DNA of 64,000 nt from NCBI GenBank assembly GCA_965220745.1, contig CBDCQT010000013.1, forward strand, positions 736,001 to 800,000. The letters are read 5' to 3'. A program made the translations under genes and the position numbers. The notes under the pieces are model-generated. The model ran no database searches, had not been told where the DNA came from, and saw nothing but the letters and a program-made list of their open reading frames with translations. The DNA comes from Alphaproteobacteria bacterium. Its GTDB lineage: Bacteria > Pseudomonadota > Alphaproteobacteria > UBA828. How positions within the stretch are numbered: the stretch's first letter is position 1; every line of letters begins with the position of its first letter. This document shows, piece after piece, positions 37,375-48,537 of this stretch.

Positions 37375-38934
37375 TTAGCTCGGGGGTTGTGCAGCCAACG
37401 AAGCGGCGCGGGTCATGTCGAACACATACCCCATGATCGGGATCGCGGGCAGCGCGCGGCCCTCGATTAGCGCAGATGCGGCTGCCGCAAACGAGCGCCA
37501 GTCGTCCGACGCGCCCGCCTTCAACACGTGCGCTGCGCGCAGCATCAGCGTGGCCCAGTCGCCGCGCCGCTCCTCGATGCGAGCCCAGAAGGCAGGCGCC
37601 AGTTGCTCGATGTCGGAGACGCTCTCCAGGGCGTCCTCGTAGAGGGACGTTCCCTCGGCCCAGTACTTGGTCTCCGGGTAGTTCTTGGGCCAGGTCGCGC
37701 TGTGCACGATAAGGTCTTCCAGCTGGTCGGCGGGTAGAGCGGCGATCTCCCCCTCCGGGTCCAGATGGGCCAGCCAGTCGGCCGCCGTCATCGGCCGGGG
37801 GCGCAGCTCACCGAGCCGGCAGGCGAGAGCGACGTCGATCAGTCCGGGCGGCGGCGGGCGCTCGTCTGCAAGGTCCTCGGCCATCGCCGACGCCAGCAGG
37901 GGATGCAGCGCGTCGACGGGAACGGCGACCGGATGGGAGGCCTCCTGGTTCTGCATTGCCTTGCGGGCGGGCGCGCCGCCCGCGACGAAGGCTTCGAGGA
38001 TGCCCAGGCCGGCCTTGAGCTGCACGATCGCGACGTCCGCTCGGCCGTCGCCCTCAAGTTCTGCGGTGAAGGTCTGGACGCCGTTGCTGGCCGGCAGCGT
38101 GGCGAGAAGGCGCTCGGGGCGCGGCAGCGAATGTTCCAGCGGAGCGACGAGGTCGCGCCGGCGCGCTTCGCGCAGTACCGCGTCCACGACCGGGCGCGCC
38201 TCGTCCGGCGGTATCCAGTTGCGCAGCACGGGCAGCAATCCGGCGGCGACAGGCTCGACGATCCCCCTGCTTGCGCGGTCGTACAATCCGCTCGCGGCTC
38301 CGAGCCGGATCTCGCCGGCGCCGTCCAGCAGCCAGTAGAGCCCGAGACGGCCGCAAAACTCGTCGTCCCGGGACGCGACGTCGTTCACGAACGCGGCCTG
38401 GGCGTCGACCGGCAGGACGGCGATGCGGTCGTCGAGGGACAGGTGCCGCACGAAGTCGCTGCTTCCGGTCCTCTGGCGCAGGCGGTCGACCTCCGCGTCG
38501 GGATCGAGCGGAATGCGGCCGGACTGCTGGAGAGTCCCGAACTGCCCGATCATGGCGAGGATCAGGGATTCGGGCGCCTCGGCCTCGGCGCGGGCATAGG
38601 CCAGCATCAGGCCGTGGGAGGCGTCCGGGTCGAGGCCCCGGTTCGCCAGCATCAGCTCGATCGTGGTTCCGGCCTCGTCGAGGAACTTGCCGCCCAGGCG
38701 CCCGCGGTCCTCTTCGTCGAGTCGCGCGTCGCGGATCAGGATCTCGAACAGCTTGAGGAAGGGCGCGCGGTCGGGCTCGACGCTGTCCACTATGGCCGCG
38801 ACGAGCTCGAAGGCGGCGCCCGGTGACGCCAGCAGCGCAAAGCCGCGATCGTCCGCGATGCGCCTGACCGCGCCGACGCTGGCGGACGCGCGCAGTTGCT
38901 CGAGGCAGTCCTGGATCAGATCCTGTGCGGACAT
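37375..38934 (-). CDS. hypothetical helical protein
   Basis: 519 aa, protein-like composition, AGGA RBS. Confidence 0.7.
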   Translation of the reverse strand: MSAQDLIQDCLEQLRASASVGAVRRIADDRGFALLASPGAAFELVAAIVDSVEPDRAPFLKLFEILIRDARLDEEDRGRLGGKFLDEAGTTIELMLANRGLDPDASHGLMLAYARAEAEAPESLILAMIGQFGTLQQSGRIPLDPDAEVDRLRQRTGSSDFVRHLSLDDRIAVLPVDAQAAFVNDVASRDDEFCGRLGLYWLLDGAGEIRLGAASGLYDRASRGIVEPVAAGLLPVLRNWIPPDEARPVVDAVLREARRRDLVAPLEHSLPRPERLLATLPASNGVQTFTAELEGDGRADVAIVQLKAGLGILEAFVAGGAPARKAMQNQEASHPVAVPVDALHPLLASAMAEDLADERPPPPGLIDVALACRLGELRPRPMTAADWLAHLDPEGEIAALPADQLEDLIVHSATWPKNYPETKYWAEGTSLYEDALESVSDIEQLAPAFWARIEERRGDWATLMLRAAHVLKAGASDDWRSFAAAASALIEGRALPAIPIMGYVFDMTRAASLAAQPPS

Positions 38935-39042
38935 GGGCGGGTCCTGGGTATCCGTGAGGCCGGGCGCACCGGTCCGGGCGAGTGGTTGCTCATCCTCGCA
39001 CGGCGGACGGGGCGGATGAAGGCGGCGCAGGCGAGTGCGGCG

Positions 39043-40890
39043 CTATGTCTTCATGTGACCCGGCAAATGACCGATCACGACCTGACCGGCCTTGTCGTCC
39101 CAGGTGAAGTAGAGACGGAAGCAGTGCCTGGGGTCCCGCGTCTTCGCGTTGTTCTTCAGATGGCGGTCCAGGATCAGCCTGCGGCCGTTCCACTCGATCG
39201 AGAAATCGTCCCGCGCCCGGCCCTGTGCGGTGGGGCTGAGGCCGGGCGCGTCCTGGAGTCGCAGTTCGCGCAGTTCGCCTTCGTAGTCTGCACGCTGGGC
39301 CTTGCCGCCCTCCGTCTTGATCTCGTGGTAGGTGGTGCCCAGCAGTTCGATGGCCTTGCCGACGAGAGCGACGTCCTCGAAAGCGGCGCTCCTGAGCGAT
39401 CTCTGTGCGCGTCCGGCGAGCGCCACCCGACCCGGGAAATGCCGTTCCGTCCAGGCGGGCAGGTCCGCGTAGCTCTCAAGGGGTGGCACGGGTCCGCCGT
39501 CCGAAGCTGCGTCGTCCCCGGGCGCGGGCTCGCCGCCGTCTAGGGCGGCGATGCGCTGTTGCAGGCGGTGCCTGTCCCGGCGCAGGCCGTCGTTTTCGCC
39601 TGCGGCGTCCTCGAGAGCCTGCTTCAGCGAGGCAATGCGCTCCTCGGCTTCGCGGTTGGCCGCCTTCAGCGCGGCGTTCTCCGCGCGCAACGCGCTCTCC
39701 GCATCCGGCCCGTCGCCGGCCGCGGCTTCCGCGTCGTCGCTGTCCTCTGCGGCGCTCTTGCGGTCCGCCACGGAATGGAAGCGCTCGACGAGGCCGTCGA
39801 GACAGGCGGCGATTTCGTCGAGCGCTGCCGCCGCAGGCTCGGTCGAAGCGTCGTCGGCGCGATCGGCCGAGGCGGCTGCGTGCAGGGCGTCGCGGTTTGC
39901 GGCGCTCGGATCCTCGGCGTAGCGCCGGGAGGCTTCGCGCAGCGCCAGCTCGTGCGGCGCCGGCTCGAGGATGCCGCTGCGGAAGGCCTCTGCCAGCTTG
40001 CGGCAACTCTCCCACTCAGAGTCGGGGAAGCGGAGCGGCAAGGCGCCGTCGCGCAGAAGGGTTTCAACCCGTCCTCTCAGCGCGTCCTGTTCTGTCGCGA
40101 ACCTGGTGTGCCCCATAGCGTCGACGGCTCCTTGGAGCAGAGAGCGCAGAGCGGCATGGCGGCAACGGGCCTGTGCATGGTCGCGCGCCGACTCCATCTC
40201 GTCGAGCTCGTCGTCGGATACTCCCAGGTCGATAAGCATGTACGACAGCACGTCCGCCGCCAGGCGATAGTCGTCGTTCTCGGCGACGTACTCTCTGAGC
40301 CTGCCGTAGGTCTCGGCCATGTCCTTTCGAAGAGCGGCGCATTCCCTGTCCGCGCGCTCAACCAGCGCTTCCAGATGCGCGCCGCCGCTTTGGTGGACCA
40401 GCCTCTCGACCAGATCGGCGCGCTCGGGACTCGGGCAGATCGAAGCGCGGCGGACGGCGGAGCCGATCAGCCTCTCGACCTCCGGCTTCGCCAGCCAGGA
40501 CGAGAGCATGTACTGGCTGGCCTCCCCTTCGAGGCAGGCGAGTACCCACACCGATTGTGCGACCAGCCCGTGCTCTCCCGCCTCCCACAGGGCATCGAGG
40601 TCGTCGAGGATCGTCAACCCGGGGTCTTCTCCAGCGGCTGCGCTCAGTGCCTGCGCCCGCTTGGTGGCGTCCTTGAGGACGCGGGGGGCGAGCTTCTTCA
40701 TCGTTCCCTTGACGTCGCCGAACAGGGTCAGGATCCGAGCCTCGAACCGGCACAGGAACCAGGTCCAGCGCTGCGCAAGTTCGTGCACCGCGCGCCAGAA
40801 GGCGGCATCGTCGCTCCCGTCGGCCGTCGCCGGCCAGTCCGCGTAGTCCTCGGCGATCGCGGCGGCCAGCTTGCGCAGGTCCGCCTTCAT
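39043..40890 (-). CDS. coiled-coil protein with possible RelE-like C-terminal domain (true start possibly ATT 41004)
   Basis: Heptad region, then HLK...DPRHCFRLYFTWD...VVIGHLPGH. Confidence 0.7.
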   Translation of the reverse strand: MKADLRKLAAAIAEDYADWPATADGSDDAAFWRAVHELAQRWTWFLCRFEARILTLFGDVKGTMKKLAPRVLKDATKRAQALSAAAGEDPGLTILDDLDALWEAGEHGLVAQSVWVLACLEGEASQYMLSSWLAKPEVERLIGSAVRRASICPSPERADLVERLVHQSGGAHLEALVERADRECAALRKDMAETYGRLREYVAENDDYRLAADVLSYMLIDLGVSDDELDEMESARDHAQARCRHAALRSLLQGAVDAMGHTRFATEQDALRGRVETLLRDGALPLRFPDSEWESCRKLAEAFRSGILEPAPHELALREASRRYAEDPSAANRDALHAAASADRADDASTEPAAAALDEIAACLDGLVERFHSVADRKSAAEDSDDAEAAAGDGPDAESALRAENAALKAANREAEERIASLKQALEDAAGENDGLRRDRHRLQQRIAALDGGEPAPGDDAASDGGPVPPLESYADLPAWTERHFPGRVALAGRAQRSLRSAAFEDVALVGKAIELLGTTYHEIKTEGGKAQRADYEGELRELRLQDAPGLSPTAQGRARDDFSIEWNGRRLILDRHLKNNAKTRDPRHCFRLYFTWDDKAGQVVIGHLPGHMKT

Positions 40891-41221
40891 CAGGTGGTGG
40901 TGTTCGCGAAGCCACTCCGGCGTCGCGAACTCCGGGAGCGCGGCAAGGCGGAGGTCCTTGGCGGCGGCCGGCGTCGGGCCGTTGAGCTTGCGTCGTGCGG
41001 GAATGGCTTGCTTCTCCTCGCAACGCGGCCCTGGCGCGCAGGCTTAGCCTTGCTATGAAACCAGGGGACCGCGACGGGACGGTCAAGCCGCAGAATCCCT
41101 GCAAATCGAAGTGGGTTCAAGTGCTGCAAGCCGGTTCGGCGACGGGCAGCATCGTGGCGCTGAGCGCGGGGAAGCCGAAGAGATTGGTCAAGTGCGCCCT
41201 CCGCACCAGAAGGAGGGCCAT

Positions 41222-41398
41222 ATGCCCGACACAATCAGAGTTGAGTACGAGCGCCTCGCACTCGATCTTCAACGGCAGAACGCTGCAGTGGGGTTCTGGG
41301 AAGCGCTTCGTGCGGAATGCCAAGAAGCCGTTGACGAGTGGCAGGAGATGGTGGGATTGCCGAAGCGGAGGCCTGACCCCGATCCGACCATCCACTAG
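41222..41398 (+). CDS. small hypothetical protein
   Basis: AGGAGGG RBS before ATG; 58 aa. Confidence 0.35.
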   Translation: MPDTIRVEYERLALDLQRQNAAVGFWEALRAECQEAVDEWQEMVGLPKRRPDPDPTIH

Positions 41399-41567
41399 GC
41401 CGCGTCATGCTCGGAACGCCGCGCGGCCCGCCCGTTGGTCATTCAGGCATATAATCCCCAACTTGATCCCCAGCGCGATCTAGCGAGCGCAACCCCGGAG
41501 GCGCTGGCCCGTGCCCTGTTTAGCCGTGTGAAGCCGCTACCGCCCCGCGCCCTCTTCAGTCAGCATC

Positions 41568-44046
41568 TCAGAACCGCATGTTGAGGGTGACGAAGAAGGT
41601 GCGTCCCCAGCCGGCCGCGCGCGGCCCGTCGGTAAAGGAGGGGTTCGCGGTGTTCGTGGAGAGCTTCGTGTCGGTAACGTTGTACACGCCCGCGGTTAAC
41701 CGCGTGTCTTCGAGGCCAAGCGGCGCTCTCCAGTCGAGCGTCAGGTCGTGGCCGGTCCAGGACTTGAACCGGCCATCGTCCCGCTGGTTCTCGATCTCGT
41801 CGCGGTAGTTGACGGCCCAGAAGGCGGTAAGGTCGCCGCGCCCGGCCGAGGTCACGATGCGCACGGCGTTGCGCGGAAGCGGGTACGGCTGCTCGTCGCC
41901 TGCGATGCGCTCCTCGCTGCTGGCCACGTAGCGCCAGAATCCGCGCAATGCGACGAAACCCCAGTCGGTCTCCGCGCGGGCCCCGAACCGGGTGTTGACC
42001 CCCGAGATTTCGATCTCGACGATATTCGCGAAGTTGTCGTGGATGGTGATGTCTCCGGCCGCGCGCCCGATGCAGTTGCCGCCGCCGCCCGGCGGGCACT
42101 CGGGGTGGTTCAGTATCGCCCAGGTGGCATCGTGCTGCCCCGGCAGATCCGAGGTCGTGAGCCAGTACCAGTCGGCGACGAGGTAGAACGGCCCCCTGCG
42201 GGCCTCGGCGCCGATGGTGCGCCTCTCCGATCCAGACGGCTCGAGCTCGGGGTTGCCGCTCGTGCTGCGCGTCACTTGCCGGTAGTTCGACGTGTCGCAT
42301 GTGCGCGGCGGCGGCCCGCTCTCCGGGACACAACGGACATAGGGGTGGTCTTGCGCAGCGGTGCTGTACAGGTGGTGCATCGAGGGCGCTTGGTCGCCCG
42401 TGCTCCACGAGCCGCGCAGCGTCACGTTGTCGCTCGGACTGTATTCGGCCCCGAGGCGCCACGCACGCAGCCCGCCGACGTCGTCGTACTCGTCCGCCCG
42501 TGCCGCGGCTCTCACGTCCACGGCGTCGGCGAGGGGCAGGGACACCTCGGCGAAGGCCCCTGCCGCCTCGCGCTCGCCGGCGTAGCTGGTGCCGCCCGAC
42601 CCGAGCACCCCGTCTACGTCGCGGGTCCGGCCGTCTCCCGCCCGGAACGCCAGCAGTCTGTGGGCCTCCACGTCTCCGAGTTCGACCCCTGCAGTCCATG
42701 CCGTGTCGCGCCCGCCGATGCCCGGACCGGCCCCTTCGAGCGCGAATCGCGCGCCCAGATACCTTCCGCCGAAGTCCTCCTCCTCGCGCAGGCTACTCCT
42801 CTCGATCGCTCTCAGGTGGTCCTGTTCCACCGACAGCGGATCGGTCAGGTCATACCTTCCGGCTTCGATCTCTTGCCTGATCGTCTCGGCGTCCACGAAG
42901 GTATCGCCCGACACCGACCCGTCGAGCCTCCAGGCGCTGATTTCGGCATCGTAGCCCAGGTCTTCGGAAAGCCGGCCCTCGACGCTTGCCGAGAGGTCGT
43001 ACTCCTCGGTGGTCGTCCTCCAGTCTCGGTTGCCATGGCCGATGAAGCGGTGCCCCACCGCGAAGATGTCGTCTTTCGTCGCCTCGAACGCCGGGTCGGC
43101 CTCGCGCGCCGATGCGTTGATTGCGTCGAGCAGGCTCTCGCTCGGGGCGATCGAGAAGACATCGATCGACGGTGCGTAGCGGAACGCCGAGCGTCCGAGC
43201 GTGGCGTTTGCGTCCACGTGAAGCTCGGCGCGCTCTCCAAGCGGGTGGGCGAGGCTCAGGATTGCATTACTCTGGTCGTAGCTCGCGCTGTCCCACCAGA
43301 AGTCGCCGTAGGCGAATCCGCAGCCCTTGTCGCCTGAGTCGATCCCCGACGGGTTGCTGAGCGGCCCGGTGTAGCCGTGCGCCGGGTCGCACGCGCCGAG
43401 CGCCACGGCTCTCAGCTCGCCCGCGCTCGTGTCGAAGATGTAGACGGTGTTGCCGCCGACGCTCACGTTCCTCGCGTCGGCGAAGCTGCCGCCCTCCGTC
43501 CACTCCGAGCGGCTGTGCTCGCGGGTGCTGCCCACGATCTCCTCGCGGTCCAGGATGTCGACGCCGAGGGTCATGTGTCCGCCGGCGCCGATTTCACCGC
43601 CCCATACGACACTGCCCTGGCGTGCGTCGCCGCCGTCGCGGCTCGGCAGCCGGGCAACGGTGCGCACGTCGAAGCCGTCCAGATCCTTCCTCAGCACGAG
43701 GTTGAATGCGCCACGTACCGCGGCGTGGCCGCCGACCGTCCCCAGGCTTTCGCCTCTCAGCACCTCGATGCGCTCGACCGCCGAGAGCGGGAGGGAATCC
43801 AGATTGTGCGCGGTCGTTGCGTAGGGCCGCCCGTTCACCATGATGAGCAGGTCGCGCCCTCCGGTGAAGAAGTAGCGGATGATGCCCGTGTCGAGCATCT
43901 CGCCGAAGGTCTGGGCGCCAGAGCGCTCGATGAAGCTGCGGTCGTACTCGGTGATGATCTGCGGGCCGGGCGCGAGGGAGTCGGCATGGGCTGCATTCAC
44001 CGCGAGCAAGGCGAAAACGGCGAGCGCCGCGAGGACTATTCTCATC
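41568..44046 (-). CDS. TonB-dependent receptor
   Basis: Signal peptide, VNGRP...LDSLPLSAVERIEVL plug motif, GNPELEP, C-terminal GRTFFVTLNMRF. Confidence 0.9.
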
Positions 44047-44319
44047 GTAAGCTCCCCCATCCGTTTGCGGATGCACACATTGTCCTCCGTGCCGGCGGTC
44101 CGTCAGCGCGAAGCGCCGTCAGGCCGAGTATATGCTTGCCGGCCTGGGCGACGCAGTCCTGGAACCTGCGGCCTTTCCGTTGCCCACATTGTCGATTTGC
44201 AGCGTTTCACCAATCGTGAAGTCGATCAATTGAGAGAGCCCGAACCGGTACCGGTGCAGTTCGGTTGCAAGAGAGTGGAGGGCTGGCGCGCACTGCTGTG
44301 CACGCCAGCCCAGACCGCA

Positions 44320-46497
44320 TCAGGAAAAGCTAACCCCGTTTGTCGCCATCGGCAGATGGGTCACGCGCGGACCGGCAACGGCGATTGCGTTGGCCAACGC
44401 GGCTCCCGACGGCGGCGTACTTGGTTCACCGACACCGCTCGGCGGCTCCGTGGAGGGTACGATATAGGTCTCAATGGCCCGGATATCGCCGATCCGAAGC
44501 GGCTCATAGTCGGGGAAGTTGAACTGATCCACTTCGCCGTCCGCAAATGAGATCTCGTTGCGCATTACATGACCGATCCCGTAGCCGATCCCACTTTCCA
44601 TTTGGGCTGTGATAACATCGGGGTTGACCGGGACACCGCAATCGACAGCACAGGTTACTTTCTCGATCACGATGCCATTGTCGACGTCGCCGGAGATATC
44701 GACCACCTCGGCGACAAAAGTGCCAAAGGACTTGTGGACGGCCACGCCCCGGCTATGTCCATCGGGAAGCGGTCCATTCCAATCGGCCCGCTCGGCAGCA
44801 AGGCGCAGAACCCCGGCAATACGGACCTGGTCAGGTGTGCCGCCGCTCAAGTAGGACAACCGATACTCAACCGGGTCCTGGCCAGCCGCAACTGCAGCCA
44901 GGTCCATCATGGTTTCCATGACATAAGCCGTGTGGCTGTGCCCGACTGAGCGCCACCAATTGACGGTGATCGGAGACCTGTCATCGGTCAGGCCGACATA
45001 TTGCGCCGGAATATCGTAGAGCGTATCGCGCACTCCTTCGACAGAGGTGCTGTCGACCCCGTTCTGAACCAGGAACGCATCCCAGGGCCCGCCCTTAAAG
45101 ATCGGTTTGCCGGCGACGCGATGATCCCAGCCGACAATGCGGCCATTTTCGTCGAGCCCCACTCGAACCTTGTGGGCCACGGCGGGGCGGTAATAGCCGC
45201 CCCTGATGTCATCTTCGCGCGACCAAACGAGCTTGACGGGCTGCTGTCCACCATTGAGGGCAAATGCCAGAGCTGCCTCGACATGATAGTCAGCGGTCTG
45301 AGTGGAGCGCCGCCCGAATGTGCCTCCGGCGTAGAGCGTCGTCACTTCGACATTTTCCTGCGGGATTTGAAGTACCGCCGACAAAGCCATCTGAGCGCCT
45401 GTCGGCATCTGGCAGCCGTCATAGAGCATCACGCCCGTCTCGGTCGGCGCGATGGTGCAGGTTAGGGGTTCCATCGTGGCGTGAGCGAGATAAGGGAAAA
45501 AGAACTCCCGCTCGATCACGCGCGCCGCCGCGTCCAGTGCCGTCGCCGTCTCGTCCGGCGTGCCTTTTGCATCGAATTCTGCGTCGCCGTTTACTGCCGA
45601 CAGAAGGTCCGCCTTGATTTGATCGGAGCTGCGATTGTCGGCCTGCGAGAAATCCCACTCGGCGCTCAGCGCATCGCGGGACTGAAAGGCTGCCCAGGTA
45701 TTTTGCGCATAGACCACCACGCCAGTTCCTGTCGGCATCGCCGCGGCACGGATGAACCCGGGAACTTCATGCACTGCACTGTCGTCAAATGATATCAGCG
45801 TGCCGCCAAAGCGTGGCGAGCGCAGTACCACTGCCACGATCTGCCCGTCCAGATGCAAATCCATCGCGTATTGCGCGGTTCCATCGGTCTTCGGACCGTT
45901 GTCGCGCCGACGCGTGTCCGGGTTTCCGATAACCGTGAACTCCGACGGATCCTTCAGGCGGGGGGCGGTCGGAACGTCGCGCGCGGAAGCCGCTGTGACG
46001 AAATCCCCCATCGGTGCGCGGTTCGCACCTGCGTTGAGTTGCCCGCCGGCCAGGGTCACGCTGGCCGGGTCGGCACCCCAAGCCTCGGCGGCTGCGGCGA
46101 TCAGCATCTCTCGGGCCGCAGCACCGGCGGTGCGGTACTGCATGTAAGAGTTGGCCATAGCAGTCGATCCGCCGGTGCCCTGGACACCGCCGAACAAGAG
46201 ATTCCCATAACTGCGGGCGTCCGCCGGAGCGAATTCGATCTCGACCTGATCGAGCGCCAGATTCAACTCTTCAGCGATGAGCGTCGCTAGACCGGTGGCG
46301 GTCCCCTGCCCGCACTCGAAGTGCTTGATGAGCGCGGTGACGGTACCGTCGCCAGCGATGCGCACGAATGGTGTAAACTCACCGGGACCGCTCGGGGCGC
46401 CAAGAGCCGCGCCTCTGCCATAACCCACAACAAGCGCTGAGCCCGCTAGAGCCGATGCTGATTTGAGAAAGCCGCGTCGTGTAAGCTGCATGCTCAT
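44320..46497 (-). CDS. iorB: isoquinoline 1-oxidoreductase beta-like molybdopterin subunit
   Basis: Tat signal TRRGFLK, ECGQG, TGGS, HATMEP, GGTFGRR, WRSVG, GVGEP. Confidence 0.9.
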   Translation of the reverse strand: MSMQLTRRGFLKSASALAGSALVVGYGRGAALGAPSGPGEFTPFVRIAGDGTVTALIKHFECGQGTATGLATLIAEELNLALDQVEIEFAPADARSYGNLLFGGVQGTGGSTAMANSYMQYRTAGAAAREMLIAAAAEAWGADPASVTLAGGQLNAGANRAPMGDFVTAASARDVPTAPRLKDPSEFTVIGNPDTRRRDNGPKTDGTAQYAMDLHLDGQIVAVVLRSPRFGGTLISFDDSAVHEVPGFIRAAAMPTGTGVVVYAQNTWAAFQSRDALSAEWDFSQADNRSSDQIKADLLSAVNGDAEFDAKGTPDETATALDAAARVIEREFFFPYLAHATMEPLTCTIAPTETGVMLYDGCQMPTGAQMALSAVLQIPQENVEVTTLYAGGTFGRRSTQTADYHVEAALAFALNGGQQPVKLVWSREDDIRGGYYRPAVAHKVRVGLDENGRIVGWDHRVAGKPIFKGGPWDAFLVQNGVDSTSVEGVRDTLYDIPAQYVGLTDDRSPITVNWWRSVGHSHTAYVMETMMDLAAVAAGQDPVEYRLSYLSGGTPDQVRIAGVLRLAAERADWNGPLPDGHSRGVAVHKSFGTFVAEVVDISGDVDNGIVIEKVTCAVDCGVPVNPDVITAQMESGIGYGIGHVMRNEISFADGEVDQFNFPDYEPLRIGDIRAIETYIVPSTEPPSGVGEPSTPPSGAALANAIAVAGPRVTHLPMATNGVSFS

Positions 46498-46500
46498 GAA

Positions 46501-46962
46501 TCAAGCCTCCAGAATCTCGGATGCGCGCTGAACGGCGGCGCGAATGCGTTGGTAGGTAGCGCAACGGCATGCGTTGCCCCACATGTAGCTTTCAATCTCA
46601 TTGACTGACGGGGTCCGGCTTTCAGACAGAAGGCCGATGGCCGACATGATCTGGCCCGACTGGCAATAGCCGCATTGGACGACGCTCAACTCGTTCCAGG
46701 CCTGATGGACAGCCCGTGCTACGTCCGACGCGACACCCTCGATCGTGGTGATCTCCATACCCTCGACATCTTCGATGAAAGTTTGGCAGGAGCGTGCTGG
46801 TTGTCCGTCGATGTGAACCGTGCACGCCCCGCAGGACGAGACGCCGCACCCGAACTTGGTACCTGTGAGCTTCAGTTCGTCACGGATGACCCAGAGCAGG
46901 GGCATCCCTTCCGGAACGTCGACCTCGTGTGTCTGGCCATTGATTGTCAGGCTGGTAGGCAT
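46501..46962 (-). CDS. iorA: (2Fe-2S) small subunit
   Basis: GTKFGCGVSSCGACTV...C, QCGYCQSGQ, CRC. Confidence 0.92.
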   Translation of the reverse strand: MPTSLTINGQTHEVDVPEGMPLLWVIRDELKLTGTKFGCGVSSCGACTVHIDGQPARSCQTFIEDVEGMEITTIEGVASDVARAVHQAWNELSVVQCGYCQSGQIMSAIGLLSESRTPSVNEIESYMWGNACRCATYQRIRAAVQRASEILEA

Positions 46963-47419
46963 GTGCTGCGATCCCCCAATCGGCTTTCGAGGTTCTGCCA
47001 GGCAACTGACCCGCAACCCAGCTTGGGCGCACAGCTAAGTTCCCGTCCTACGTTTGTCAATTGGAGCCTGCGGGCTCTTCGGTGGGAGGCGCTGTCTTGA
47101 GGCTCGCAGATTCGGTCAGCCCGGCTCGTTCAGCTTGGCGATGTTGAAGGGCGAACAAACGATTAGCCGGTGTCGTAGTAGCGCACCGATCGCATCGAGG
47201 CGCTGAGTGCCGACGCCAGCCACGCCATTGAGGATTGGAGGTCCGCGAACTCTCTTGAGCGGAAGATGGTAACGAAGAGTCCAACTCCCACAACCATCGG
47301 AGTCGTCTCTGATTCAATAGAGTAGCGGCGCTCCTGGCAGCCACCCGGTGGAGCAGGTGCTGAGTTGGGATTCAATTGGGAACCGGGCGGATGAAGATGC
47401 CCAAGACTGGCACTGGCGG

Positions 47420-48373
47420 TCATACAGCCAACGGCCGGGTAATCTCCCTCAGGGTATCGGCGAAGGTCTGGCTGACCAGCGTGAGAGCCACGCCCCGGCG
47501 CGTGACCAACTCTATCTTCGTGTTGAGACGGTAGGTTTCGGGCAGGAGGCTGCGCATCTGCCCGCTCTCCACCCAGCGTTCGGCGTAGGAGACGGGCAGA
47601 TAGCCGATGTGCCAGCCTGACAGGATGAGGAACGCTACGCCCTCGATCTGGCGAGCCGCCGCGGTCGACGGCAGGTCTGCCGTGAGCGGTGCGACCTGCC
47701 GCTCGGACAGATAGGCGCGGTGGGCAAGATCGGCCCCATGCAGGTCGTCGCGGTCGAGCTGGTGCGGAGCCCGGCCGAAGAGCGCGTGATCCTTGCCGCA
47801 ATAGAGCTCGACCGGATCGTCGTAGAGAGGCTCGTAGACCAGGCCCGGGCGGTGCTGGTGGAACACGCCGATCCCCAGGTTGACCCTGTTCTCCAGGACG
47901 GCGCGCTCGATCTCGTCCGGTGCCAGCGTGTGGAAGTGAACATGGACCTGCCGGGCCTTAGACCTGAAAGCGCGGAGCACGTCGGCCATCGGATAGCCGC
48001 TATCGGTGGCCCAGTTGTCGATCACGGCGATCGAGAGCTCGCCGATCAGCTCGCCGCGAAGCGCGCCCACCGTGCTGCGGAAACTCTCCAGCGCGGTTGC
48101 GAGGTGCTGACAGGCCTCGTACACGATCCGCCCCTTGTCCGTCAGGCGGAAGCCGGCGCGTCCCCGTTGACAGAGGCGCATACCGAGGCGCCTTTCGAGA
48201 TCGCCGATCTGGCGGCTGATGGTCGACTGGCCGACGTTCAGGGCAACCTGCGCCGGGGCGAACCCGCCGCACTCCACGACAGTCATGAAGACCGCGAGCA
48301 TGTGGAGGTCGGCTTTGTGAAGACGCGGGATGGCGGTCGGGTCCGGTGGCCTATCACTTGCCTCTTTTTGCAT
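47420..48373 (-). CDS. LysR-family regulator
   Basis: N-terminal HTH (GGFAPAQVALNVGQSTISRQIGDLE..LG); divergent from the binding-protein gene. Confidence 0.92.
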   Translation of the reverse strand: MQKEASDRPPDPTAIPRLHKADLHMLAVFMTVVECGGFAPAQVALNVGQSTISRQIGDLERRLGMRLCQRGRAGFRLTDKGRIVYEACQHLATALESFRSTVGALRGELIGELSIAVIDNWATDSGYPMADVLRAFRSKARQVHVHFHTLAPDEIERAVLENRVNLGIGVFHQHRPGLVYEPLYDDPVELYCGKDHALFGRAPHQLDRDDLHGADLAHRAYLSERQVAPLTADLPSTAAARQIEGVAFLILSGWHIGYLPVSYAERWVESGQMRSLLPETYRLNTKIELVTRRGVALTLVSQTFADTLREITRPLAV

Positions 48374-48537
48374 GCTAACATTTCATGAGTGATGTATTTT
48401 CCATTCAAGAGTAGCACTATGATCGTTCCGTGGACGAGGGACCACGCGCGCGGGGCGAGGAGGCAACTGCCACATCGATCCATTGTCGAGGCGCCCGCCG
48501 TGCATGGCTCCAGCATGATGAATCGCAGGAGAATACA

